From Candidatus Scalinduaceae bacterium (GTDB lineage: Bacteria; Planctomycetota; Brocadiia; Brocadiales; Scalinduaceae), in assembly GCA_046759445.1 (NCBI GenBank), contig JBHICG010000045.1:1-27734 (forward strand): DNA of 27,734 nucleotides. Direction: 5' to 3'. Made by a program: the position numbers and the translations under genes. Below the pieces are notes generated by a model. That model saw only the letters and a list, made by a program, of their open reading frames with translations, was not told the DNA's origin and ran no database searches. Below, in pieces: positions 8,977 to 16,869 of this stretch; within the stretch, counting starts at the first letter, position 1; every line of letters begins with the position of its first letter.

Positions 8977-10329
8977 TTAAGCACCTATCTCTTTCTTTAA
9001 AGTTTCTGCAATATCATTTGCCATTTTTCCAATCTCTTCTTTATTTACACCCTCTATCATGACTCTGCATAAACTCTGTGTTCCCGAGTACCTGACAAGC
9101 ACTCTTCCCTTTTCCCCTAATCTTTTTTCAGCGTCTTTGATATCCTTGTTTGCCTCTAACCCGTCTATGTCTTTTTTCTCTTTTACTTCAATATTTATGA
9201 GTACCTGAGGCAACGAACTCATACATTCTGCCAACGTACTTAACTTTTGCCCTTTTTCTTTCATAACTCTTAACAATTGTAAAGCGGATATTATTCCATC
9301 TCCCGTTGTTGAATATTCTGAAAATATTATATGCCCAGACTGCTCTCCCCCTAATACATATCCTTCTTTCTTCATCTCCTCAATAACGTATCTGTCTCCT
9401 ATCTTTGCCTTAATAACATTTATGCCTTTTCCACCCATGGCAATATCAAATCCTTTGTTAGTCATGATAGTTGCAACAACACCGTTTTGTTTTAAAATCC
9501 CTTTCTCTTTCATGTAAATGGCGCATATTGCAATTATATGGTCTCCATCGAGTCCTTTTCCTTTTTCATCACATACCATAACCCTGTCAGCATCACCGTC
9601 CAATGCTATCCCAATATCTGCCTTCTTTTTCTTCACAGCCTCCATCATTTTTTCAGGATGCAATGTTCCACAATCCAGGTTTATGTTAAGCCCATCTGGT
9701 CTGTCATTTAAGACAATAACTTCTGCTCCAAGCTCCCGAAATATATGTGGCGCAGTATTGTACGCAGCGCCATTAGCACAATCCAGCACAATACATAATC
9801 CTTTCAGGTTCACGGCCTTAAGGGATTCTTTCGCAAATCCTATATATCTTTCTTTTGCATCATCAACCCTATATATTTTTCCTACTAAATCTCCTCTTAT
9901 AAATTCTGTTTTTACCTTTTCTGATAGAATATATTTTTCAATCTCATCTTCAACATCATCAGGCAGCTTATATCCGTCTTCACTAAAAATCTTTATACCG
10001 TTATCTTCGGCAGGATTATGTGAAGCGCTAAGGACAATACCAGCGTCAGCATTTAATGATCTGGTTAAATGAGCAATAGCGGGTGTTGGTACAGTACCAA
10101 CAAGCAAGACATCAGCGCCAACTGATAAAATTCCAGACGTTAATGCACTTTCTATCATATAGCCGCTCAACCGGGTATCTTTTCCTATAACGAATTTTGG
10201 TTTCTTCTTTCCGCATCTTTCTTTGAAAACATGGGCAGTCGCTTTTCCTATGTTCGATACCATTTCTTGCGTCATCGGATACGTATAAGCGACTCCCCTT
10301 ATTCCGTCTGTTCCAAATAATCTTCCCAT
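8977..10329 (-). CDS. glmM: Phosphoglucosamine mutase
   Basis: LFGTDGIRG, GKDTRLSG, SASHNP, DGDADR, GGEQSGH, RYSGT. Confidence 0.96.
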   Translation of the reverse strand: MGRLFGTDGIRGVAYTYPMTQEMVSNIGKATAHVFKERCGKKKPKFVIGKDTRLSGYMIESALTSGILSVGADVLLVGTVPTPAIAHLTRSLNADAGIVLSASHNPAEDNGIKIFSEDGYKLPDDVEDEIEKYILSEKVKTEFIRGDLVGKIYRVDDAKERYIGFAKESLKAVNLKGLCIVLDCANGAAYNTAPHIFRELGAEVIVLNDRPDGLNINLDCGTLHPEKMMEAVKKKKADIGIALDGDADRVMVCDEKGKGLDGDHIIAICAIYMKEKGILKQNGVVATIMTNKGFDIAMGGKGINVIKAKIGDRYVIEEMKKEGYVLGGEQSGHIIFSEYSTTGDGIISALQLLRVMKEKGQKLSTLAECMSSLPQVLINIEVKEKKDIDGLEANKDIKDAEKRLGEKGRVLVRYSGTQSLCRVMIEGVNKEEIGKMANDIAETLKKEIGA

Positions 10330-10515
10330 ATTTATTTACATTTTTAGCGGTAACTGACTTAGCTAAGTTTTAGGTCTGATAAATAGCCCAATCATACATT
10401 AATGTGATTAGAAAATTCCCACAAAGGCAGTTATTTTTCGTTAGTTTAACTATAGAACGACATAAAAACAATGGGAAAGTTAGAACGTAAACATATCAGG
10501 GCTAAGGTAAATAAG

Positions 10516-10649
10516 TAGCATCTGTTGCGGAAAGCTTAAATACCCAAAAATGTCACCCTGAACTCGTTTCAGGGTCTCTTAGCTTGATATATATATAGAT
10601 TCTGAAACGAGTTTAGAATGACAATATAGTATTTCCGCAACAGATACTA
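10516..10649. mobile_element. 134-bp MITE-like element with 18-bp terminal inverted repeats and an internal REP-like inverted pair
   Basis: TAGCATCTGTTGCGGAAA ... TTTCCGCAACAGATACTA (17/18 complementary). Inside: TGTCACCCTGAACTCGTTTCAGGGTCT ... AGATTCTGAAACGAGTTTAGAATGACA. Confidence 0.8.
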
Positions 10650-10830
10650 ATTAGCTTACTTTTGGAAAACTCCAGGAAAATATTGCAAAAAAGGTGTATA
10701 TTAGCTAATCTTTATTCTCTCGATTTTCTAATAAAACTAAGATTAGGAAATCATCGAAGATAAACAATAAAATTAATTGAGGCTGTTATTCATGATGCAG
10801 CCGTAAACGTCAAAAAACCTTGCCATATTC

Positions 10831-11730
10831 ATGAAAATTGCCATAACCGGATTGTCAGGCTTTTTGGGACACTATGTTGCAAAGAAACTCTTTGAGAGGG
10901 ACGTTAACATACAGGCGCTTGTACGGAGTACCAGTAACACTGCACACCTTAAAGATTATGAGGAAAAGATTGCGTTTGTACAGGGTGACCTTGGTAATAA
11001 AAAAGGCTTAAGGGAATTTGTGAAAGGGGCCGATGTGGTCATTCACATGGCTTATGAGAGAAATGGAGCAGGTTTTCATGAAGCCGCCAATAAGAACCTT
11101 GAAAAATTCTTAGACGTAAATCTTCTGGGTAGTCTGGAACTGTTAGATGCCTCTAAACAACATGGAATCAGGCAATTTATTTTTATTAGTTCTTGTGCGG
11201 TGTATGGATACATCTTTTCCAATATTAGATTGAATGAACTCCATCCCCTGATACCAGACTCAAATTATGGCGCCTATAAGGCTGCGGTAGAGGCATTCTG
11301 TCATTCGCACTTTATGTCAAAGGGCATTAATACAACCATGTTCCGACCTGTAGGTATCTATGGTGTTGATCCGCATATAACTCAATCTGAATGGTATGAT
11401 TTAATTAAGGACATCAAGAACGGAGTTGATGTAGAAGTCTCGGGAGGTGGAAAGGTAGTATATGTTGAAGACGTAGCTCAGGCCATAGATTTAGCAATTG
11501 ATAAGAAAGAGGCATCAGGAAAGATTTATAATCTGGTAGACTTTTATATAGATAATATGAGTGTGGCACGAATGACCAAGGCAATATGCAGTTCTAAATC
11601 CAACATCAGAGGAACACCCAGAAAGCCAATCAATACTATTGATAATACTCGGTCGAAGATGCTGGGTGTGCGTTATGCAGGAACTGAGGGTTTAAGACAA
11701 TATATTCAAGAGTTGGTTAAGCTTATTTAA
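10831..11730 (+). CDS. NAD-dependent epimerase/dehydratase (extended SDR)
   Basis: ITGLSGFLG Rossmann motif, SSCAVYG, YGAYK, RPVGIYG. Confidence 0.9.
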   Translation: MKIAITGLSGFLGHYVAKKLFERDVNIQALVRSTSNTAHLKDYEEKIAFVQGDLGNKKGLREFVKGADVVIHMAYERNGAGFHEAANKNLEKFLDVNLLGSLELLDASKQHGIRQFIFISSCAVYGYIFSNIRLNELHPLIPDSNYGAYKAAVEAFCHSHFMSKGINTTMFRPVGIYGVDPHITQSEWYDLIKDIKNGVDVEVSGGGKVVYVEDVAQAIDLAIDKKEASGKIYNLVDFYIDNMSVARMTKAICSSKSNIRGTPRKPINTIDNTRSKMLGVRYAGTEGLRQYIQELVKLI

Positions 11731-11787
11731 ATGTCTGGTTGGATTACTTATTGCTAAAATTTGTGGCTAAATTATCACAATATCTCT

Positions 11788-12843
11788 ATGAACTATTCAC
11801 GCAGATTTATTTTATATCTCAGCGGCTTGTCTATTTTATCCTTTTTTTCTTTTGGATGTAGACGGAGTGTAAAATATCTTTTCTTCAATCCGGAAGGAGA
11901 GACTATCAATCCGCAAAAGTTTGAAAATCCCTATATGAATGGAGAAAAGGCAGTTGTAGGAATTGTTGGTGGAGAGGATATAAATGAGATGGTAAGGGAA
12001 GCAGTGTCCCTGATAGGCGGGCTGGAAAAGATGGATGTCAAAGGGAAATCAGTACTGGTCAAACCTAATGTTGTTACGGGTGATCCTCACCCTACTACCA
12101 CAAACCCTGAGGTCTTGAAGGCGGTGGTTGAAATTCTTTATAAAGAGGGGGCAAGAAGGGTCATAGTTGGGGATATGTCTGCCCTCATGACCATCTCTAC
12201 TGCTAGAAATATGAGAAGAACAGGTCTGACCAGGGCAGCTAAGGAAGCGGGGGCAGAGGTGGTTTATTTTGAAAACCATAATTGGGTTGAGGTAGAACTC
12301 TCAAACACAAGATACATCCAGAAGGTTAATGTCTCAGAGTGGATATACAAGGCAGATAGGGTCGTAAACCTTCCCGTAATCAAGACACATAAGTATGCTA
12401 CTTACAGTATATGCCTCAAGAACTTTATTGGAGCCACACACCTGAAACAAAGACCTTACTTTATTGATAGGTCCCATTGGGAGGAGATAGTTTCAGAGAT
12501 TAACCAGGCCTATACTCCACACTTGAATATCATTGACGGAATAACCTCGATGGTAGAAGGAGGCCCAAGGAAAGGAAAAGAAGCCAAAACCAATATAATC
12601 CTTGCCAGTGGTGATAGGATTGCAGCGGATGTCGTTGGCCTGGGTATTATAAAGAGTTTTGGCAAATGGCCCATAGTGGTTGACAAAGGGGTATGGGAAC
12701 AGAGACAGATAAAGACAGCACTGGAGTTAGGGCTTGGGGTGGGGATAGGAAAGATAGAGCTTAAAGTTAAAGCCCTGGAGGGGCATAACAAGGACTTTGA
12801 AGATGTTGTTACCAAACTTAAAGGATATATAAAAATAATTTAG
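11788..12843 (+). CDS. DUF362-family protein with Tat/lipoprotein signal
   Basis: MNYSRRFIL...SFGC N-terminus; LVKPN, TTNPEV, NLPVIKTH, LKNFIG, IIDG, EGGP, D.VA.D motifs. ATG 11788 is preferred. Confidence 0.85.
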   Translation: MNYSRRFILYLSGLSILSFFSFGCRRSVKYLFFNPEGETINPQKFENPYMNGEKAVVGIVGGEDINEMVREAVSLIGGLEKMDVKGKSVLVKPNVVTGDPHPTTTNPEVLKAVVEILYKEGARRVIVGDMSALMTISTARNMRRTGLTRAAKEAGAEVVYFENHNWVEVELSNTRYIQKVNVSEWIYKADRVVNLPVIKTHKYATYSICLKNFIGATHLKQRPYFIDRSHWEEIVSEINQAYTPHLNIIDGITSMVEGGPRKGKEAKTNIILASGDRIAADVVGLGIIKSFGKWPIVVDKGVWEQRQIKTALELGLGVGIGKIELKVKALEGHNKDFEDVVTKLKGYIKII

Positions 12844-12887
12844 TTTTTCTAACAAAAAGTATTTTCAGATAAAATGGAGTTCGGATT

Positions 12888-13424
12888 ATGATTAGATTGT
12901 CAGTATTGTATTTGGTTTTATGTTTTTTGTTTCTTAACTTTTCAGGCTTTGGGGGTACCTATATAGAAAAGTTACAACTCGGGACAAAACTGGCGCAAGC
13001 AGAAGATTTGACAAAACAAATTCAGACAAGCCGTAATGGTCCATGTAAGCCTACCCCTCGTGATATACTGGGTCCATTTTATGTCCCAAATGCACCGGAA
13101 CGAACAAGTGTTGGTAAAGGCCACGTCCTGAGTGGTGTTGTGAGATCTAGCGTAGATTGTTCACCTATTGCAGGAACACGGATAGAGTTCTGGCTGGTTG
13201 GTCCACATGGTAGATATGATGATGATCATCGCGCTACGTTGTTTTCCGATAAAATGGGTGAGTATAAATTTGAAAGCAATTTTCCTCCGTCTTATGCTCG
13301 CAGACCTTCACATATCCATATTAAAGTTACGGCTAAAGGATATAGGACACTGACCACACAGTACTATCCTGTTAAGGGACAAACAGAAGGTAAATTTGAT
13401 CTAGTACTGATACCTGAAGACTGA
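12888..13424 (+). CDS. Intradiol ring-cleavage dioxygenase-like protein, exported
   Basis: GPFY, G.YDD, PPSY..RPSHIHIKV (Tyr/Tyr/His/His ligand pattern); hydrophobic N-terminal signal. Confidence 0.85.
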   Translation: MIRLSVLYLVLCFLFLNFSGFGGTYIEKLQLGTKLAQAEDLTKQIQTSRNGPCKPTPRDILGPFYVPNAPERTSVGKGHVLSGVVRSSVDCSPIAGTRIEFWLVGPHGRYDDDHRATLFSDKMGEYKFESNFPPSYARRPSHIHIKVTAKGYRTLTTQYYPVKGQTEGKFDLVLIPED

Positions 13425-13593
13425 AAAAATATCTTGATTGATATGGAAAACTTCTTTGTCTGGCCTTTGAGATAGATGCTGTTATTCTAAATATACCTTT
13501 GCCAATTAGACAGTAATGAATACATACTGCGATACGTGCTTTATTATCTGTCTGTACTCAACTCTCCGATATTACTGAGAATATAGTACCTTT

Positions 13594-13686
13594 TTATTTC
13601 TTCTTCTTTTTTGCTGTACTTTTCTTTTTAGTAGCTGCCGTTTTCTTTTTCTTACCAGGATTATGTCTTGCGCATGTTGTACACAT
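13594..13686 (-). CDS. 30-aa basic microprotein MCTTCARHNPGKKKKTAATKKKSTAKKKKK
   Basis: Strong SD AAAGGAGG just before the ATG and an upstream TTTACA-N16-TATAAT. Below the ORF-track size cutoff. Confidence 0.75.
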   Translation of the reverse strand: MCTTCARHNPGKKKKTAATKKKSTAKKKKK

Positions 13687-13735
13687 ATGGTGCCTCCTTT
13701 TTATAAAAGTAAGTATTTTAATAAAATACAAATCT

Positions 13736-13763
13736 ATTATAATACATCAAATTGTTTTGTAAA
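13736..13763 (-). promoter_or_regulatory. Putative sigma70 promoter of the microprotein gene
   Basis: Minus strand TTTACA (13763-13758), N16, TATAAT (13741-13736). Confidence 0.55.
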
Positions 13764-13802
13764 GGTTTTCTGTTCCCATGATTAATTAATATTTATTAAA
13801 CT

Positions 13803-13847
13803 TAAACTCCCGTTGGAATTTCGCCCGGAGCGTCCCTACGGGGTAAA
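13803..13847. repeat. Compact REP-like palindrome TAAACTCCCGTTGGAATTTC...CCTACGGGGTAAA
   Basis: Imperfect inverted repeat; same family as 671-828. Confidence 0.7.
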
Positions 13848-13974
13848 GGTGTCATCTCAATTGGTGAATCCTTTTGTAATATTTAAAATTTATGTTTTGG
13901 TATTGCCTTATTTTATATTTTGCTTATGATATTCGTGAAGATTCTTGGCTAAATAGTTAAGGTTTGTTATATCA

Positions 13975-15747
13975 ATGAAAATATATTCGTTACAGGATTT
14001 TATTAAATATTTAGACGTAAATGGTGAACTGATACGAATTAAAACCGAAGTAGATGCAAGATTAGAAGTCACCGAAATCTCTATTAGGGCGCTACAACAA
14101 GGTATGCCCGCCTTACTTTTTGAAAATGTCAAGGGTTATCGATTCCCACTGGCAATGAACGTCCTTGCCAGTGATAAACGAATTGAAGTAGCCCTGGGAA
14201 AACATCCAGACCAGCTTGGTGAAGAATTGATTACGTTTATGGAAGAGGCTATGCCGCCAAAACCAAAGGTATTTCTCAAACACCCCGGAATAACCAAAAG
14301 ACTTTTCAGCACACTCCCAAAGATGGCATTCAGGCCTACATCACAGGAAGTATTGATTAATCCAAATTTAGATGAGCTTCCAATTACAACCTGCTGGCCA
14401 GAGGATGGAGGACCTTTTCTTACGCTGTCTCAGGTTTTTACCTATGACCCTCATGATGGGAAGCGAAACGTAGGAATTTATCGTATGCATGTCTTTGATG
14501 GTCAAACAACCGGGATGCACTGGCAGATACAAAAGGGTGGTGGGTTTCATTACTATCAGGCAAAGAAGTTGGGCAAAGAATTTGAAATTGCTGTGGCATT
14601 GGGGACTGATCCTGCTCTCTTGTTAGCCACGGTTGCCGCATTACCAGAGGGAATAGACGAGGTCATGTTCAGCGGTTTCCTCCGTGGCAGAAGGACAAGG
14701 ATGGTGTGTGGCAAGACTGTCTCAATCAAGGTACCCGCCGATGCAGAATTTATCCTAGAAGGAACCGTTCATTTGACAGAGTCACGCATGGAGGGACCTT
14801 TTGGTGACCATTTTGGTCATTATTCCAATGCCTCGGAATTTCCTGTCTTTCACTTAAACAAAATTACACATAGAAGGAATCCCATTTATCCTGCAACAGT
14901 AGTGGGTCGCCCACCGATGGAAGATAAGTATCTGGGTAATGCAACCCAGCAGGTACTGGGTCCGCTTATTCGTCTGATTCATCCTGAAATCTGTGATCTC
15001 TGGGCTTACTACGAGGCTGGATTTCATAACCTGCTGGTGGTTTCCGTGGAAGAACGTTATCAAAAAGAAGCGATGAAAACGGCTCTTTCAATTATGGGTG
15101 AAGGCCAGCTATCGTTGACCAAATGTGTAGTAACCGTTTCAGAAGACGTTAATCCCAGAGACTTTAATGCCGTCTTGAATGCAATCCACGAAAACTTCAA
15201 TCCTGCATATGATTTTATAATGATCCCTAAAGTACCATTGGATACCCTTGATTTCACAAGTTATAAAATGAATCTCGGGAGCAAAATGATTATAGATGCT
15301 ACAAAATCAAAAAATGCAAATCACAAATCTCAAATCCCAAATGATAAATCAATATTTGATAGCTTAATACAAAAGATAGACAATCGGATAACAGATTGGA
15401 ATCTCCTGAGTGAAACACTGTTAGTAGTAACTGTACAAGATGATGGGAGAGATGTGGTTAATAAATTAACAAAATCCGCGGAACTTATCGGACCCAAAAT
15501 TATTGCGGCGGTAAGTCCTGATGTTGACGTTCATAATCAGGAGCAAACCATCTGGGGTATATTTACGAGGTTTGATGCCGAGCGGGATATCACGTTCACG
15601 GAAGAAAAGCTGGTCGGTATAAATCCTATTTTTAAAGGTAAAATGGGTATTGATGCCACCTGGAAAAACGGATATCCTTCACCTCTCGTAATGTCAGAAG
15701 AAATAATTAAAAAAGTTGATGAACGGTGGGATAGTTACTGGAAATAA
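13975..15747 (+). CDS. UbiD-family decarboxylase (menaquinone biosynthesis MqnL-like, long form)
   Basis: DGGPF, RNVGIYR, EGPFGDHFG.Y, GRPPMED, and two GSKM.IDAT/KMGIDAT-type C-terminal units; 590 aa. Confidence 0.9.
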   Translation: MKIYSLQDFIKYLDVNGELIRIKTEVDARLEVTEISIRALQQGMPALLFENVKGYRFPLAMNVLASDKRIEVALGKHPDQLGEELITFMEEAMPPKPKVFLKHPGITKRLFSTLPKMAFRPTSQEVLINPNLDELPITTCWPEDGGPFLTLSQVFTYDPHDGKRNVGIYRMHVFDGQTTGMHWQIQKGGGFHYYQAKKLGKEFEIAVALGTDPALLLATVAALPEGIDEVMFSGFLRGRRTRMVCGKTVSIKVPADAEFILEGTVHLTESRMEGPFGDHFGHYSNASEFPVFHLNKITHRRNPIYPATVVGRPPMEDKYLGNATQQVLGPLIRLIHPEICDLWAYYEAGFHNLLVVSVEERYQKEAMKTALSIMGEGQLSLTKCVVTVSEDVNPRDFNAVLNAIHENFNPAYDFIMIPKVPLDTLDFTSYKMNLGSKMIIDATKSKNANHKSQIPNDKSIFDSLIQKIDNRITDWNLLSETLLVVTVQDDGRDVVNKLTKSAELIGPKIIAAVSPDVDVHNQEQTIWGIFTRFDAERDITFTEEKLVGINPIFKGKMGIDATWKNGYPSPLVMSEEIIKKVDERWDSYWK

Positions 15748-15859
15748 ATTAGCTTACTTCCTGCCTACGCAAAACAATATTTTCAAACTAATTAATATCA
15801 AGGAAATTAACTATGGTTAAGATTGACAATATTACTGAACGTAAAAGGGGGAACACTAT

Positions 15860-16372
15860 ATGAAACTCAAGCGTAAAACTGTTGCTGTATTGGTGGAAGA
15901 TTTGTATCAGGAACTTGAGGTATGGTATCCCATCCTGAGGTTGCGAGAGACCGGTGCAAAGGTAATAGTGGTTGGTACTGGAACTAAAAAAGTTTATCTA
16001 AGCAAGCTGGGTTATGAGGTCAAGGCAGACACAGAAGCAAAGAAGGTAAAGGATATTGACGGTATCATTATACCGGGTGGCTATGCCCCTGATAGGCTGA
16101 GACGATACGAGCCAATTAATAAATTGGTCCGTAATACCTTTCATAAGAACAAGGTGGTAGCTGCCATCTGTCATGGGGCATGGGTGCTGGTATCCGCCAA
16201 TGTTCTCAAAGGACGCAAGACCACATGCTTTTCTGCAATCAAGGATGATGTCGTCAATGCTGGTGGTAAATACGTGGACAGAGAAGTAGTTGTGGATGGC
16301 AATTTGATTACGTCAAGAAAGCCTGAGGATTTACCAGCCTTCATGAAGGCCATTATTAAGGCCTTAGCGTGA
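15860..16372 (+). CDS. PfpI/DJ-1 family type 1 glutamine amidotransferase-like protease/deglycase
   Basis: ELEVWYP, IIPGG.APD, AICHG, VVVDGNLITSR.PEDL. Confidence 0.93.
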   Translation: MKLKRKTVAVLVEDLYQELEVWYPILRLRETGAKVIVVGTGTKKVYLSKLGYEVKADTEAKKVKDIDGIIIPGGYAPDRLRRYEPINKLVRNTFHKNKVVAAICHGAWVLVSANVLKGRKTTCFSAIKDDVVNAGGKYVDREVVVDGNLITSRKPEDLPAFMKAIIKALA

Positions 16373-16392
16373 TTAGTTATACACTTATAATT

Positions 16393-16428
16393 TCCTCCTC
16401 CTAGATGGGGGAGGATAAGGTGGGGGTG
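16393..16428. repeat. GC-rich palindromic repeat upstream of DUF559
   Basis: TCCTCCTCCTAGATGGGGGAGGATAAGGTGGGGGTG; inverted counterpart at 16796-16830. Confidence 0.75.
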
Positions 16429-16435
16429 CTAATAA

Positions 16436-16777
16436 ATCAGTAAAAAGATTATTAATATTGCAAAACATCTGAGAAAGAGGTCAACAGAAGCAGAAAAATT
16501 CTTATGGCATCATTTAAGGTTAAAACAATTAGAAGGACTTAAATTCAGAAGACAACAACCGATGGGGAATTATATAGTTGATTTTGTATGTTTTGAAAAA
16601 CGTATAATAGTAGAAGTTGACGGTGGACAGCATGCTGTGGAGAAAGAGAAGGAAAAAGATAACGAGAGGGATAAATGGCTAGGAGAAGAGGGTTTTAAAG
16701 TATTAAGATTTTGGAATAATGATATATTTACAAATATAAATGGAATATTAGAAGTGATAAGGGATAAGTGCTTCTGA
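16436..16777 (+). CDS. DUF559 (Vsr-like) endonuclease-domain protein; start codon appears to be ATC (possible pseudogene)
   Basis: The frame is open from 16436: (I)SKKIINIAKHLRKRSTEAEKFLWHHLR...KFRRQQPMGNYIVDFVC...IVEVDGGQH...RD.WL...GFKVLRFWN. The ORF track shows only the last 71 aa. Confidence 0.85.
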   Translation: MSKKIINIAKHLRKRSTEAEKFLWHHLRLKQLEGLKFRRQQPMGNYIVDFVCFEKRIIVEVDGGQHAVEKEKEKDNERDKWLGEEGFKVLRFWNNDIFTNINGILEVIRDKCF

Positions 16778-16795
16778 TCTTCGATCAGACTTAAT

Positions 16796-16830
16796 CACCC
16801 TCCCCTAACCCCTCCCATCGAGGGAGGGGA
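16796..16830. repeat. GC-rich palindromic repeat downstream of DUF559
   Basis: CACCCTCCCCTAACCCCTCCCATCGAGGGAGGGGA, inverted relative to 16393-16428. Confidence 0.75.
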
Positions 16831-16869
16831 ATAATGTTTCTATGGTGAGAGTCATTTTGGGAAAAAACA

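Noticed and set aside
13666..13686. CTTCARH as a heme-c attachment motif
   Set aside because: The His is not adjacent to the second Cys, and the peptide has no export signal.
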